Below, piece by piece: positions 48,608 to 60,062 of a stretch of DNA of 64,000 nt. Each line of letters opens with the position of its first letter. The stretch's first letter is position 1. The translations under genes and the position numbers were made by a program. The notes beneath the pieces are model-generated. The model was not told where the DNA came from and made no database searches. It worked only from the letters and a program-made list of their open reading frames with translations. Origin of the DNA: an uncultured Bacteroidota bacterium (GTDB lineage Bacteria > Bacteroidota > Bacteroidia > Flavobacteriales > Flavobacteriaceae); contig CAIMBK010000070.1 in NCBI GenBank assembly GCA_903839195.1, positions 5,557 to 69,556 of the forward strand. Direction: 5' to 3'.

Positions 48608-49168
48608 TTACTTTTTAAAATTTCTTTTTAATATTGAATAAATTACGGTGTCCCAAAATTTTCCTTCATAGTGTTCGTTTTCAAGAATATGAGCTTCTTT
48701 TACAAAACCATTTTTTTGTAAAACCCTTTCTGATGCAAAGTTTTCGGGATCAATTACCGCTTCAATAGAATGCATTTGTAAATTCTCAAAACCATATTCT
48801 AGAACCAATTTAATAGCTTCGGTTACAATTCCTTGTCCGTTGTATTGTGGTAAAATCATATAACCAATTTCACAACGGTGGTTTTCAGGTTGAATTCTAT
48901 AATGACCAATAATTCCAATTAATTTAGGTTTTCCTTTTAAAGTAATCGCCCAATTAATCCCCTCGTTTTTTTCAATTTTGTCATCAATCATTTTATAATG
49001 AGCCAAGGCTTCATCAGAAGTTGTAACCAATGGGCGAGGAATAAATTTCATAGTTTCAGGATTTCCTCTCAATTCAAGAATTTCAGGAACATCGTTTTGA
49101 GAAACCCTTCTCAATAATAGTCGATCAGTTTCTAGATTTTTAAAAGGGTGAAAATTAATTTCTAACAT
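48608..49168 (-). CDS. GNAT family N-acetyltransferase (RimJ/RimL-like)
   Basis: 186 aa with TDRLLLRRVSQND, QGIVTEA and H.IEAVIDPEN.AS.RVL.K.GF motifs. Confidence 0.85.
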   Translation of the reverse strand: MLEINFHPFKNLETDRLLLRRVSQNDVPEILELRGNPETMKFIPRPLVTTSDEALAHYKMIDDKIEKNEGINWAITLKGKPKLIGIIGHYRIQPENHRCEIGYMILPQYNGQGIVTEAIKLVLEYGFENLQMHSIEAVIDPENFASERVLQKNGFVKEAHILENEHYEGKFWDTVIYSILKRNFKK

Positions 49169-49179
49169 TTTTTTCGCAT

Positions 49180-50031
49180 TTATAAAAGAGTAATTGAGTA
49201 TTCTAATTCAAATATTTCGTTGGCTTCAATAATTTTGATTCCTTCTTTTTCCAAAATATTTCCAGAATTTGAAGTGGTATCAGCATATCCTTGCCATGGT
49301 TCTATACAAATGAACGGTGCTTTGGGTTTTGTCCAAATTCCTAATGATGGAAAACCGTCAAATCGAACACAAAGAAATGGTTTTTTGTTTTCTAATAATG
49401 TAATTTTTTTGGACTTAATTTTTTTAAAAACCAGCGCGTCTTTTTCAAATAAATCATAATGCAAAGTAACGTTATTTTCGTTTCGTGGAATCGAATTGGT
49501 GACATTTGAAAGCAAATCATTTTCCAATTCAAAACGAATTAATTCTTCCGAAAACTCAAAATCCAAAGAATAATTTTCAAATTGTCCGGACAAAGCAAAA
49601 GCTGGATGGGCGCCAATCGAAAACGGCATCGAAAATTGGTTTTTATTGATTACTTTAAAATTAATTATTAATGAATTGTCCGTTAATTCATATTCCAATA
49701 ACAATTCAAATTCAAAGGGATAAACGTTTAATGTAGTTACGTTATTAACCAATGAAAATAAGGCTTTAGAATCTTTTTTTGCTATTAATTCAAAATCCAT
49801 ATCACGTGCAAATCCATGCCGATTTAGCGAATATTTTTTATCGTTATAAAAATATTCGTTATTTTTCAGTGTTCCAACAATTGGAAATAAAACAGGTGAA
49901 TATTTGCCCCAAAACGCTGGATTTCCATTCCAAATAAATTCTTTTTCATCCTCATTTTTAAGCGATTGTAATTCCGCTCCTTTATGATTTATTTTTGCAA
50001 TTAATTTATTTGATTTTAAAATTGTTGTCAA
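49180..50031 (-). CDS. Aldose 1-epimerase family protein
   Basis: 283 aa with FPIVGTL, RHGFAR, GAHPAF and EPW motifs typical of the mutarotase-like fold. Confidence 0.8.
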   Translation of the reverse strand: MTTILKSNKLIAKINHKGAELQSLKNEDEKEFIWNGNPAFWGKYSPVLFPIVGTLKNNEYFYNDKKYSLNRHGFARDMDFELIAKKDSKALFSLVNNVTTLNVYPFEFELLLEYELTDNSLIINFKVINKNQFSMPFSIGAHPAFALSGQFENYSLDFEFSEELIRFELENDLLSNVTNSIPRNENNVTLHYDLFEKDALVFKKIKSKKITLLENKKPFLCVRFDGFPSLGIWTKPKAPFICIEPWQGYADTTSNSGNILEKEGIKIIEANEIFELEYSITLL

Positions 50032-50158
50032 TGTAATTTTGTATTTTTAACGCGTTATTTTTTTTTAGCTAATTAATAACATTATTTTCAATAACAAAAG
50101 AAATATAATGTAACAAATCAAGAGGTTAAAAGTCTTATTATTTTTTAAAAAACAAATT

Positions 50159-52417
50159 ATGAAAAAACAATTATTAAAAGCCCTTTTCGCTCTAGCAATT
50201 ATTTTTGGGAGCAGTTCTTTAAATGCGCAACAAGTTGCTCCGAGCAGTTCAACAAGCAATTACAGTTATCAAGAAGCATTTGCGCCTTTATTTTATTCAA
50301 GTAATGGAACAAGTACTCGATCAGCTAGCGGTCAGCCTGGTGAAAAATATTGGCAAAACCGTGCCGATTATCAATTAACTGCCAATTTGAATGAAAAAAA
50401 CAATGAAATTTCAGGTTCTGCAGTTGTAACTTATACCAACAATAGTCCCGATAAAATTGGTTTTTTATGGATGAATGTGGATCAAAATTTATTCAAAACA
50501 GATTCACGTGGAAACGCGGTTATTCCGGTTTCTGGGAGTCGAAATGGTGCCGATGGAGAAATTTTTGACGGAGGTCATAAAATTAAATCAGTAAAAGCGA
50601 TAGTTACCTCCAAAGGAAAATCAACCGAAAAAGAATTGAAATACGAAATAACAGACACAAGAATGAAAGTTATTTTACCTCAAGATTTAAATCCGAATGG
50701 CACTAGCGTAAAACTAAAAATTGAGTTTTCTTATATTTCTCCAAAATACGGTTCCGATCGAACAGGGGTTTTGGATACCAAAAACGGAAAAATTTTCACC
50801 ATTGCCCAATGGTATCCAAGAATGTGTGTTTATGATGATGTAAGAGGTTGGAACACATTGCCTTATCAAGGTGCGGGTGAGTTTTATTTAGAATATGGTG
50901 ATTTTGATGTAAATATCACCGCTCCTTCAAATCATGTGGTTGTTTGTTCTGGGGAATTAGTAAACCCGAATGAAGTTTATTCTTTAGCGCAACAAAAATT
51001 ATGGTCTGCTGCTGCAAAAAGTGATAAAACAATTATAATCCGTTCTGGTGATGATGTGGCTAATGCGGTTTCAAAACCATTGGCAAAGCCAACATTAACA
51101 TGGCATTTCAAAATTAAAAATTCTAGAGATGTTTCCTTTGCTTCTTCTGCGGCATTCATTATTGACGCAGCTAGAATTAATTTACCAAGCGGAAAAAAAT
51201 CTCTTGCTATTTCAGCTTATCCAGTTGAAAGTGAAGGCGATTCAGCTTGGGGACGCTCTACAGAATACACTAAAGCTTCAATTGAAAATTATTCAAAAAG
51301 ATGGTTTGAATATCCTTATCCAGCCGCAACAAATGTTGCAGGAAATGAAGGAGGAATGGAATATCCAGGAATTGTTTTCTGCGGATGGGAGTCAAAAGGA
51401 GAACAATTATGGGGCGTAACGGATCACGAATTTGGTCATATATGGTTTCCAATGATTGTGGGTTCAAACGAGCGTTTATTTGCTTGGATGGATGAAGGTT
51501 TTAATACCTTTATAAACTCTTTGAGTTCTGTGGATTTCAATAATGGCGAATATAAAAATCCTAATACGGATATGCACCAAATGGCGGAAGCGTTCACAAG
51601 ACCATCAATTGAGCCAATAATGACTGCTCCTGATTGCTTTAAAGAAGCAAATATGGGAATGTTAGGGTATTACAAACCTTCATCTGGTTTAATAATGTTA
51701 AGAGAACAAATATTAGGAAAAGAACGATTTGATAACGCATTTAAAACTTATGTTGCTAGATGGGCATTTAAACACCCAACTCCTGATGATTTTTTCAGAA
51801 CAATTGAAAATGTAGCTGGTGAAGATTTAAATTGGTTTTGGAGAGGTTGGTTCATTAATAATTGGCGTTTTGACCAAGGAATTACTAAAGTTAAATATGT
51901 AAAAAACGACCCAACAAAAGGAGTTGTTATTTCTATTGAAAATTTAGAAAAAATGCCGATGCCTGTAATAATGGATATCAAGTTTAAAAGCGGAAAAGTC
52001 AACCGTGTTAATTTGCCTGTTGAAATTTGGCAAAAAAATATAGGTTGGTCATTTAAATATGATTCTACCGAAGAAATTGATAACATCACTTTAGATCCTG
52101 ATCATGTTTTTCCTGATGTAAATTCAACTAATAATGTTTGGAATGCTGCTAAAAGTGAACTTGAAAAAGATCTAATTCTGGATAGTTATTTAGGGAAGTT
52201 TTCAAGCAAAATAATTCCTATCGAAATTCAATTCATTGAAGAAACCGGGCAACTTATAATGAATTCTACCGGTCAACCAAAATTGCCACTGGAAATTGCT
52301 GGTAAAGATAAATTTGGATTTGAACAAGCGGGATTAGTGATTCAATTCAATGCTGATCAAAGTGAATTCAACCTTGAAATTAACGGACAAAGCTTTTTGT
52401 TTACCAGAAATAAATAA
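50159..52417 (+). CDS. Secreted M1-family metallopeptidase
   Basis: 752 aa with a signal peptide, a GMEYPG exopeptidase-like motif, and [25 protein letters not shown] (HExxH-x18-E). Confidence 0.9.
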   Translation: MKKQLLKALFALAIIFGSSSLNAQQVAPSSSTSNYSYQEAFAPLFYSSNGTSTRSASGQPGEKYWQNRADYQLTANLNEKNNEISGSAVVTYTNNSPDKIGFLWMNVDQNLFKTDSRGNAVIPVSGSRNGADGEIFDGGHKIKSVKAIVTSKGKSTEKELKYEITDTRMKVILPQDLNPNGTSVKLKIEFSYISPKYGSDRTGVLDTKNGKIFTIAQWYPRMCVYDDVRGWNTLPYQGAGEFYLEYGDFDVNITAPSNHVVVCSGELVNPNEVYSLAQQKLWSAAAKSDKTIIIRSGDDVANAVSKPLAKPTLTWHFKIKNSRDVSFASSAAFIIDAARINLPSGKKSLAISAYPVESEGDSAWGRSTEYTKASIENYSKRWFEYPYPAATNVAGNEGGMEYPGIVFCGWESKGEQLWGVTDHEFGHIWFPMIVGSNERLFAWMDEGFNTFINSLSSVDFNNGEYKNPNTDMHQMAEAFTRPSIEPIMTAPDCFKEANMGMLGYYKPSSGLIMLREQILGKERFDNAFKTYVARWAFKHPTPDDFFRTIENVAGEDLNWFWRGWFINNWRFDQGITKVKYVKNDPTKGVVISIENLEKMPMPVIMDIKFKSGKVNRVNLPVEIWQKNIGWSFKYDSTEEIDNITLDPDHVFPDVNSTNNVWNAAKSELEKDLILDSYLGKFSSKIIPIEIQFIEETGQLIMNSTGQPKLPLEIAGKDKFGFEQAGLVIQFNADQSEFNLEINGQSFLFTRNK

Positions 52418-52438
52418 CATTTAAACGTTTATATTTTT

Positions 52439-52471
52439 AAAAACATCAATTGAAAAATTGGTGTTTTTTTT
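52439..52471. terminator. Bidirectional terminator between the M1 peptidase gene and the agmatine deiminase gene
   Basis: aaaaacatcaatt / gaaaa / aattggtgttttt forms a 13-bp stem with one G-T pair, flanked by A and T runs. Confidence 0.8.
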
Positions 52472-52475
52472 ATGC

Positions 52476-53519
52476 TTAAACTGGAATTTGTTGACTCAAA
52501 CAATGCAAAGTTCCAAATCCCCAAATTAAATCGATGGCGCTGATTCCAATAATTTCTCTTTCTGGAAAACAATCTGCTAAAATATTCAGCGCAATTCGAT
52601 CGTTCGGGTCATTAAATGTTGGAACCAAAACACATCTATTTATAATCAGGAAATTAGCGTAACTCGCAGGAATTCGAATGCCATCAAAATCTAGTTTTTT
52701 TGGCATTGGTAATGAAATTATTTTTGGCGATTTTCCATTTTCTAATTTGGAATCCTGCAAGATTTTTAAATTTTCTTGAAGCACCTTATAATTGGCATCT
52801 TTTTTATCCGATTCTACCACGGTTATTATGGTATCTTCATTTACAAACCGACATAAATCATCAATATGACCATGCGTATCATCGCCTTCGATTCCGTTTT
52901 TTACCCAAATTACATTCGAAACTCCCAAATATTCTTTAAAAATTGCTTCATAATCCGATTTTGAAAAAGTGGCATTTCGCACTTGAATTGTTGGATGCAA
53001 TAAACATTCTTCGGAAGTTATCAAAGTCCCTTTTCCATTAACATCGATGGCGCCACCTTCCAGAATTACAGCTTTTCCTTTATACGTTGCTTGTGTGATT
53101 GGAATGTTTAAAAACTTCGAAATAATACTCGGAACCCACTTGTCTAATTGATAATTTTTATATTTTGCCCAACCATTGAAATTAAAATCAAGAGCTTCAT
53201 TTTTAGTTCCATTTTTAACAATAATTGGCCCCGAATCACGCATCCAACTTCGATTTGTTTTGTGAATAATAAAAGAAATTGCGGTTAAATCAACATGAGC
53301 GGTAAAAAGCATTTGGCTCACTTTTTCTTGTAATTTGTCATCAGAAACGACTAAAAAAACTTTTTCATATTGGGATATCTTTTTTATGAATTCGACAAAA
53401 GCCCATTGAATTGCTTCATATTTTCCAGGCCAATCGTTCCCGTTATGAGGAAAACAAAGCAAAATTCCTTCTTGTTTTTCCCATTCGGCTGGAAATCTTC
53501 TATTGATTTCGGCTTCCAT
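52476..53519 (-). CDS. aguA: Agmatine deiminase
   Basis: 347 aa with PAEWE, WMRDSGP, DTHGHIDD and GTLHCLSQQ(I)P (the catalytic Cys). Confidence 0.9.
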   Translation of the reverse strand: MEAEINRRFPAEWEKQEGILLCFPHNGNDWPGKYEAIQWAFVEFIKKISQYEKVFLVVSDDKLQEKVSQMLFTAHVDLTAISFIIHKTNRSWMRDSGPIIVKNGTKNEALDFNFNGWAKYKNYQLDKWVPSIISKFLNIPITQATYKGKAVILEGGAIDVNGKGTLITSEECLLHPTIQVRNATFSKSDYEAIFKEYLGVSNVIWVKNGIEGDDTHGHIDDLCRFVNEDTIITVVESDKKDANYKVLQENLKILQDSKLENGKSPKIISLPMPKKLDFDGIRIPASYANFLIINRCVLVPTFNDPNDRIALNILADCFPEREIIGISAIDLIWGFGTLHCLSQQIPV

Positions 53520-54403
53520 TATTCGATGGCTCTTTTAGTGATATCGCCAAAAGCATCAATTCTTCGATCTCTTAAAAACGGCCAATTTTGACGAACATTT
53601 TCTTGTAAATCCAAATCGACTTCGGCCATAATTATTTCTTCTTGATTGTGAGACGCTTGCGCTAAAATTTCGCCTTGCGGACCTGCAATAAAGGAGGAAC
53701 CCCAAAACTGAATTCCAGCGGTATCGGGAAGGTATTTTTCCAAACCAATTCGGTTGGCCGCAGCAACGTAAACGCCATTTGCAACCGCGTGACCTTTCAT
53801 CACATTCATCCATGCACCATGCTGGTTTTCGCCAAATTCTTCTTTTTCTTGTGGATGCCAACCAATGGCTGTTGGATAAAATAAAACTTCAGCACCTTGA
53901 AGGGCAGTCAAACGAGCGGCTTCTGGAAACCATTGGTCCCAACAAATTAAGGTTCCAATTTTTCCTTTTTGAGTAGTAAAGGATTTAAAGCCCAAATCAC
54001 CAGGAGTAAAATAAAATTTTTCGTAGAAATGAGGGTCATCAGGAATGTGCATTTTGCGATATAATCCAGCTTCACTTCCGTCGGCATCAATAATATAGGC
54101 GCTATTGTGATAAATTCCAGCCATTCTTTTTTCGAAAAAAGGAACAATTATTACCACACCCAATTCTTTGGCTAAGGCGCTAAAAGCTTTAAATGACTTG
54201 CTATATAATGGTTCTGCATAGGCAAAATTTGCCACATCTTCGCTTTGACAAAAATAATGACTGCTGTATAATTCAGGAAGCGAAATAACTTCGGCGCCTT
54301 TATTTGCAGCATCTCTAACCCAAGTCAGACATTTTTTTAAATTATTTTCAGCATTGTCGTTAAGGTTCAATTGAACGACGGCTATTTTATATTTATTGGC
54401 CAT
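53519..54403 (-). CDS. aguB: N-carbamoylputrescine amidase (carbon-nitrogen hydrolase)
   Basis: 294 aa with the nitrilase-superfamily E-K-C triad context (LPELY, YRKMHIPD, LICWDQWFPE). It is translationally coupled to aguA. Confidence 0.85.
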   Translation of the reverse strand: MANKYKIAVVQLNLNDNAENNLKKCLTWVRDAANKGAEVISLPELYSSHYFCQSEDVANFAYAEPLYSKSFKAFSALAKELGVVIIVPFFEKRMAGIYHNSAYIIDADGSEAGLYRKMHIPDDPHFYEKFYFTPGDLGFKSFTTQKGKIGTLICWDQWFPEAARLTALQGAEVLFYPTAIGWHPQEKEEFGENQHGAWMNVMKGHAVANGVYVAAANRIGLEKYLPDTAGIQFWGSSFIAGPQGEILAQASHNQEEIIMAEVDLDLQENVRQNWPFLRDRRIDAFGDITKRAIE

Positions 54404-54635
54404 TCCTAAAAAATTTAGATTGCAAAAATAGGTATTTTTATAAAGCGTTCCGAAAAAGTGAAATGGAAATGTAATTAAATAAGAATCCTCTTCAATTTTA
54501 AATCTTATTTGTGTTTTGCCATTGGTTTGTAAATTTATTTAAATTCATAAGATTAATATTTTAACTTTGATTTTTATTATTCATATTTTATTACAGTAGC
54601 AAAACCCCGATAAAAGGTCCCTAAAAATCTATAAA

Positions 54636-55022
54636 ATGACACTATTTAATTCTATTTTTGGTAAAACAAATGATGAAGTCCAATCTTCCAAAATAAATTG
54701 GATTCCCTTGACCGAATTGCAACAACTTGACGAAACAAAATTAGTTTCGCTTGATAATTTAGTAGTTATTTTCAAACACAGCACCCGATGTAGTATCAGT
54801 AGAATGGCGTTAAAGCAATTTGAAAATGAGTATAATTTGGAAGATAAAGTAATGCTTTACTTTTTGGATTTGCTAAATTTTAGAAGTATTTCGAATGCCA
54901 TTTCTGAAGAATTTCAAGTGGAACATCAATCGCCACAAATCATTGTTATTAAAAATGGAAAAGCCATATTTAATGCCTCTCATAGCGCTATTGATGCACT
55001 TCAATTAAAAACGTTTTTATAG
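54636..55022 (+). CDS. ytxJ: Bacillithiol system redox-active protein YtxJ (monothiol thioredoxin-like)
   Basis: 128 aa. VIFKHSTRCSIS is the single-Cys motif, and SPQIIVIKNGK is typical of YtxJ. Confidence 0.75.
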   Translation: MTLFNSIFGKTNDEVQSSKINWIPLTELQQLDETKLVSLDNLVVIFKHSTRCSISRMALKQFENEYNLEDKVMLYFLDLLNFRSISNAISEEFQVEHQSPQIIVIKNGKAIFNASHSAIDALQLKTFL

Positions 55023-55030
55023 AAAAAAAA

Positions 55031-55055
55031 TAAGCCTAACTATTAATTAGGCTTA
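55031..55055. terminator. Bidirectional hairpin between the convergent ytxJ and fahA genes
   Basis: taagcctaa / ctattaa / ttaggctta forms a perfect 9-bp stem preceded by an A-run. Confidence 0.65.
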
Positions 55056-55074
55056 CTTGTTGAAATATATTTAC

Positions 55075-56355
55075 TTATCGTACAAAAGGTGGTAATAGTT
55101 TACTTGAAACTTCTCCAAAACCGATACGAACTTGGCTGTTTTTGCAATATCCTTTCATGATAACGGTATCAAAATCGTTGATAAATTTTCGTTCCGAACC
55201 ATCCTTCAGTTTTATTGGATTTTTTCCACCCCATGTCAATTCTAGCATGGATCCAAAACTGTCTTCGGTTGGTCCAGAAATGGTTCCTGACCCCATCATG
55301 TCTCCAGAATTTACGCGACATCCATTGGAAGTATGGTGCGCTAATTGTTGGCTCATTGTCCAATATAAATACTTAAAATTAGATTGACTTACTATGGTTG
55401 GTAAACTATTTTCGGGCTGAATGGCCACTTCTAAATTGATATCAAAAGTGTGTTTTCCTTTTTGTTGCAAATAGGGAAGTGGTGTTGGTTCTTGTTTTGG
55501 ACTTTTGGTTTTAAAGGGTTCCAAAGCGTCCATTGTAACAATCCAAGGAGATATTGAGGAGGCGAAATTTTTTGCCAAAAAGGGCCCAAGTGGAATATAT
55601 TCCCATTTTTGAATATCGCGCGCACTCCAATCATTAAGTAATACCATTCCGAAAATATAATCTTCGGCTTCGTTTACCGGAATATTTTCGCCCATAATAT
55701 TGACATCAGTTGTAATAAATGCCGTTTCTAATTCAAAATCTACTAATCGAGAAGGGCCAAAAACCGGCGTTGTTTCTCCATTTGGTAAAGTTTGACCCAT
55801 CGGTCGATGAATTGGTATTCCCGAAGGAATAATTGTCGAACTTCTTCCGTGATATCCCACTGGAATGTGAAGCCAATTGGGCAACAAAGCATTTTCGGGA
55901 TCGCGAAACATTTTGCCAACATTTGTAGCATGTTCTTTGCTAGAATAAAAATCGGTGTAATCTCCAATTAATACAGGAAGTTGCATTTCTACATCCTTCA
56001 TGTTGAAAATTATTACTTTTTTATGTTTTGCGTTATCTCTTAATTCAGGATTTTCGGCATCAAAAATATCAGCAATTCGATTTCGAACCAAGCGCCAAGT
56101 TTTTTTCCCGTCTGAAATAAAGTCATTTAGAGTGTCTTGCATAAACATATCATCAGTCAATTCGATACCATTAAAGTAATCTAATTGTTGAAGCGCACCT
56201 AAATCTATCGCGAAATCGCCGATTCGAGTGCCAACCGTTACGACATTTTCTTTGGTTAAGAAAACCCCGAACGGAATGTTTTGAATTGGAAAATCACTTT
56301 CTGAAGCTACCTCTAGCCATGATTTTCTATTTGGATTATTTGCTGTTATAGGCAT
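55075..56355 (-). CDS. fahA: Fumarylacetoacetase
   Basis: 426 aa. FPIQNIPFGVF, DYTDFYSS.EHATNVG, NDWSARDIQ.WEY.PLGPF and GDMMGSGTISG are typical of FAH. Confidence 0.9.
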   Translation of the reverse strand: MPITANNPNRKSWLEVASESDFPIQNIPFGVFLTKENVVTVGTRIGDFAIDLGALQQLDYFNGIELTDDMFMQDTLNDFISDGKKTWRLVRNRIADIFDAENPELRDNAKHKKVIIFNMKDVEMQLPVLIGDYTDFYSSKEHATNVGKMFRDPENALLPNWLHIPVGYHGRSSTIIPSGIPIHRPMGQTLPNGETTPVFGPSRLVDFELETAFITTDVNIMGENIPVNEAEDYIFGMVLLNDWSARDIQKWEYIPLGPFLAKNFASSISPWIVTMDALEPFKTKSPKQEPTPLPYLQQKGKHTFDINLEVAIQPENSLPTIVSQSNFKYLYWTMSQQLAHHTSNGCRVNSGDMMGSGTISGPTEDSFGSMLELTWGGKNPIKLKDGSERKFINDFDTVIMKGYCKNSQVRIGFGEVSSKLLPPFVR

Positions 56356-56465
56356 ATCAATTGTTGATTTAATTGTTGAAAATTAAGTTATCAAATATAG
56401 TGGCAACATTCTTTTTAACAAACGATTTTTGTATTTTTGTACACAATTTAACGAAAAATTATCAA

Positions 56466-57740
56466 ATGCAACACGACGAACAAATTTTTGACCTTATTCT
56501 TGAGGAACAAGACCGACAAATTCACGGATTGGAATTAATTGCTTCTGAAAACTTTGTAAGTGATCAGGTAATGGAAGCAGCCGGTTCGGTATTAACTAAT
56601 AAATATGCAGAAGGCTATCCTGGCAAGCGATATTATGGCGGATGCGAGGTTGTCGATGTTATTGAACAAATAGCCATTGATAGAGCAAAATCGCTTTTTG
56701 GTGCCGAATATGCAAATGTGCAACCCCATTCTGGATCACAAGCGAATACAGCCGTATATCATGCTTGTTTAAAACCAGGAGATAAAATTTTAGGTTTCGA
56801 TTTATCTCATGGGGGTCATTTAACACATGGTTCGCCCGTTAATTTTTCGGGAAGATTATATGTCCCTTCTTTTTATGGAGTAGAAAAAGAAACCGGTCGT
56901 TTTGATTATGATAAAATTCAAGAAATTGCTACCAAAGAGCAACCAAAATTAATCATAGCTGGTGCTTCTGCCTATTGTCGTGATATGGATTTTGAACGTT
57001 TTAGAAAAATTGCCGATAGCGTTGGTGCTATTCTTTTGGCCGATATTTCTCATCCTTCTGGATTAATTGCCAAAGGATTGATGAATGATCCAATTCCGCA
57101 TTGTCATATTGTAACTACAACAACACATAAAACATTACGCGGACCTCGTGGTGGATTGATTTTGATGGGAAAAGATTTCGAGAACCCATTTGGATTAACA
57201 ACACCAAAAGGAGAAATTAGAATGATGTCCAATTTATTGGATTTAGCTGTTTTTCCTGGGAATCAAGGTGGACCTTTGATGCACATTATTGCAGCAAAAG
57301 CAGTAGCCTTTGGCGAAGCATTAACCGATGAGTTTTTTCATTATTCGATGCAAGTACAAAAAAATGCCAAAGCAATGGCCGCGGCTTTTATGGCAAAAGG
57401 ATATGACTTAATTTCTGGAGGAACCGATAATCATATGATGTTGATCGACCTTAGAAACAAAAACATTACTGGAAAAGAAGCCGAAAACGCATTGGTAAAA
57501 GCTGAAATTACGGTAAATAAAAACATGGTGCCGTTTGATGATAAATCACCATTTATTACTTCTGGAATTCGTATTGGAACACCAGCAATCACAACTCGCG
57601 GATTGGTGGAAGAAGACATGCAAACGATCGTTGACTTGATTGACAAAGTTTTGATGAATCATACCAATGAAGAAATTATAGAAGAAGTGGCCGATGCCGT
57701 AAACGAAATGATGGGCGAACGAGCCATTTTTGTATTTTAA
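56466..57740 (+). CDS. glyA: Serine hydroxymethyltransferase
   Basis: It has LELIASENF, the [10 protein letters not shown] motif and [14 protein letters not shown] (the PLP lysine). The track start at 56373 adds a non-homologous extension, so the ATG at 56466 is preferred. Confidence 0.95.
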   Translation: MQHDEQIFDLILEEQDRQIHGLELIASENFVSDQVMEAAGSVLTNKYAEGYPGKRYYGGCEVVDVIEQIAIDRAKSLFGAEYANVQPHSGSQANTAVYHACLKPGDKILGFDLSHGGHLTHGSPVNFSGRLYVPSFYGVEKETGRFDYDKIQEIATKEQPKLIIAGASAYCRDMDFERFRKIADSVGAILLADISHPSGLIAKGLMNDPIPHCHIVTTTTHKTLRGPRGGLILMGKDFENPFGLTTPKGEIRMMSNLLDLAVFPGNQGGPLMHIIAAKAVAFGEALTDEFFHYSMQVQKNAKAMAAAFMAKGYDLISGGTDNHMMLIDLRNKNITGKEAENALVKAEITVNKNMVPFDDKSPFITSGIRIGTPAITTRGLVEEDMQTIVDLIDKVLMNHTNEEIIEEVADAVNEMMGERAIFVF

Positions 57741-57750
57741 ATAAAACTAA

Positions 57751-58344
57751 ATGTCCATATTACGACTTAAATTACCAACCGACCCGAGATGGGTGAATAT
57801 TGTCGAAAAAAATATCGAGGAAATTCTTACCGATCACGCTTGGTGCGAACAAAAAGCGGCAACTAATGCCATCACAATTATCACCATAAATTCAGAATTT
57901 CCTGATTTGGTTACCGATATGTTGGCATTGGCTAAAGAAGAAATTGAGCATTTTCAAATGGTAAATGACATTATTCAAAAGCGCGGATTGGTTTTAGGTC
58001 GGGAACGAAAGGACGAATATGTGGGCGAATTAGCACAATACATGAAGAAAAGCAACAACGGAAGTCGCGTTTCTGGATTGGTTGAACGTTTGCTTTTTTC
58101 GGCCATGATTGAAGCCAGAAGTTGCGAACGTTTTAAAGTGCTATCCGAAAATATAAATGACAAAGAATTATCCGATTTTTATCGCGATTTGATGGAAAGC
58201 GAAGCGGGACATTACACCACTTTTATTACCTACGCTAGAAAATATGGTATTGGAATTGATGTCGAAAAACGCTGGAAAGAATGGCTCGAATTTGAAGCAT
58301 CGGTAATTTCAAAATACGGAAAAAGCGAAACCGTTCATGGCTAA
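57751..58344 (+). CDS. miaE: tRNA-(ms2io6A37)-hydroxylase MiaE
   Basis: 197 aa di-iron four-helix protein with DHAWCEQKAA, EEIEHF, ARSCERF and ESEAGHY motifs. Confidence 0.8.
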   Translation: MSILRLKLPTDPRWVNIVEKNIEEILTDHAWCEQKAATNAITIITINSEFPDLVTDMLALAKEEIEHFQMVNDIIQKRGLVLGRERKDEYVGELAQYMKKSNNGSRVSGLVERLLFSAMIEARSCERFKVLSENINDKELSDFYRDLMESEAGHYTTFITYARKYGIGIDVEKRWKEWLEFEASVISKYGKSETVHG

Positions 58345-58356
58345 TCTTCTGAAAAA

Positions 58357-58854
58357 ATGATTTCAATCCGAAAAGCAACGACCGACGATGCCTTATTGAT
58401 TCGAGAAATTGCTTATAAAACTTGGCCCGATACCTACAAAAATATAGTTTCTGAAATCCAATTGGAGTATATGCTCGAATTGTTTTATAATCAGAAGATT
58501 TTAATGGAAACGATTTCCAAGAAAAACCATTATTTTTTATTGGCTTTCGACCAAGAAATTTGCCAAGGTTTTGCCGCAATTGAACATCATTATTTGGGAA
58601 ATGAAATTACCCGATTGAATAAATTATATGTTTTGCCAGAAGCCCAAGGAAAAGGAATCGGTAGAAAATTGATGGACGAAGTGACTGTTTTAGCCATAAA
58701 AAGAGCTTCAAGCGCAATAAATTTGAATGTAAATCGATTTAATAAAGCCCATTTTTTTTATTCAAAAATGGGTTTTTCTATTCTTAAAGAAGTCGATATC
58801 GAATTGGATTTTGGGTATTTAATGGAAGATTATATCATGGAAAAATACTTGTAG
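58357..58854 (+). CDS. GNAT family N-acetyltransferase
   Basis: 165 aa with the acetyl-CoA binding motif QGKGIGRKLM. Confidence 0.8.
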   Translation: MISIRKATTDDALLIREIAYKTWPDTYKNIVSEIQLEYMLELFYNQKILMETISKKNHYFLLAFDQEICQGFAAIEHHYLGNEITRLNKLYVLPEAQGKGIGRKLMDEVTVLAIKRASSAINLNVNRFNKAHFFYSKMGFSILKEVDIELDFGYLMEDYIMEKYL

Positions 58855-58973
58855 AAAAATCTTCAATAATTTTACAATTTTTCTTGTTAATTTCTCGCTA
58901 CTTTTTTCAATATTTTCATAAAAAAACACTAAATTTATGCTACAAAATCTTGTAAATTAATTCAATTTCACAA

Positions 58974-60062
58974 ATGAACATTTTAAAAATTAGCAGCTTG
59001 ATTCTTGTTTTTACAAGCCTTTCTTGTTCCAATAAAGACGTAGGATTGAAACCTCAAATAGGTGATATTACCGAAAGTGTGTATGCTTCAGGAACTATTA
59101 AAGCAGAAGGACAATACACCGTTTTTTCAATGGTAAACGGGGTTTTAAAAAAGGTAAATGTGGTTCCGTTCCAACAAATTAATGATGGACAATTATTGTT
59201 TGAAATCGAAAGTGAAAAAGCCGAACTAAATACCGAAAACGCTCGTTTGGCTTATGAATTAAGCCAAGAAAGCAACCATTATATTAAAGATAAAATTGCC
59301 GAAATGGAGTTGAAAGTACAGGCGGCAAAAGACAAACTTGCCCTAGACGAATCCATTTATAACAGAAATAAAAACATCAAAAAGTTCAACATTATTTCGG
59401 ATGTTGAGTTCGAAAAAGTGGAATTGGCTTTTAATAGTTCCAAACTCAACCTTCAAACCGCTCAAAAGCAATTGGATCAATTTAGAATTCAACTGAAAAA
59501 CGATCAAACTAGGAATTCAAATAATTTAAAAATAAGTAAAGTTTCCCAAAATGATTATGCCGTAAAAAGTGCGATTTCTGGCCAATTATTTGATGTATTA
59601 ATCAAAGAAGGAACGCTCGTAACGCCTCAAACGCCTCTTGCTATTGTTGGAAAAGCCGCTTCTTTTTTGTTAGAATTGGAAGTCGATGAAAACGATATGG
59701 TTCGTGTGGCAATGGGTCAAAAAGTTTTTATTACGATGGATAGTTATAAAAACCAGGTTTTTGAAGCCGTTGTTTCCAAAATTTACCCAATTATGGACCT
59801 ACGTTCTCGAACATTTAAAATTGAAGCTCACTTTTTAATACCGCCCAAAAAACTATATCCAAATTTAACCGCAGAAGCCAATATTGTGATACAAACTAAG
59901 AAAAACGCTATTACAATTCCGAAATCCTATTTGATTAATGGCGAATATGTTTTGGTTAATAAAGATGAAAAACGCCAAGTTGTAACCGGTTTGAGCGATT
60001 ATCAAAAGGTAGAAATTGTTTCAGGATTAAACCAAAACGAATCCATTTACCTTCCCGAATGA
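58974..60062 (+). CDS. Efflux periplasmic adaptor (HlyD/MacA-like) lipoprotein
   Basis: 362 aa with a lipobox (FTSLSCSN), a coiled-coil hairpin region and a beta-barrel C-terminus. It is the first gene of an adaptor-permease-ATPase operon. Confidence 0.85.
   Translation: MNILKISSLILVFTSLSCSNKDVGLKPQIGDITESVYASGTIKAEGQYTVFSMVNGVLKKVNVVPFQQINDGQLLFEIESEKAELNTENARLAYELSQESNHYIKDKIAEMELKVQAAKDKLALDESIYNRNKNIKKFNIISDVEFEKVELAFNSSKLNLQTAQKQLDQFRIQLKNDQTRNSNNLKISKVSQNDYAVKSAISGQLFDVLIKEGTLVTPQTPLAIVGKAASFLLELEVDENDMVRVAMGQKVFITMDSYKNQVFEAVVSKIYPIMDLRSRTFKIEAHFLIPPKKLYPNLTAEANIVIQTKKNAITIPKSYLINGEYVLVNKDEKRQVVTGLSDYQKVEIVSGLNQNESIYLPE

Noticed and set aside
56373-56465. N-terminal extensions given by the ORF track for glyA, and likewise for ligA, smpB, rlmH, yggS, the exonuclease gene, the ABC ATPase gene, the pentapeptide gene and the DUF1599 gene.
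   Set aside because: Most of the extensions begin at TTG. Two begin at ATG: the smpB extension at 48371 and the DUF1599 extension at 9270. They add non-homologous hydrophobic or low-complexity residues, or they overlap neighbouring genes. Internal ATGs give N-termini matching the family norm.
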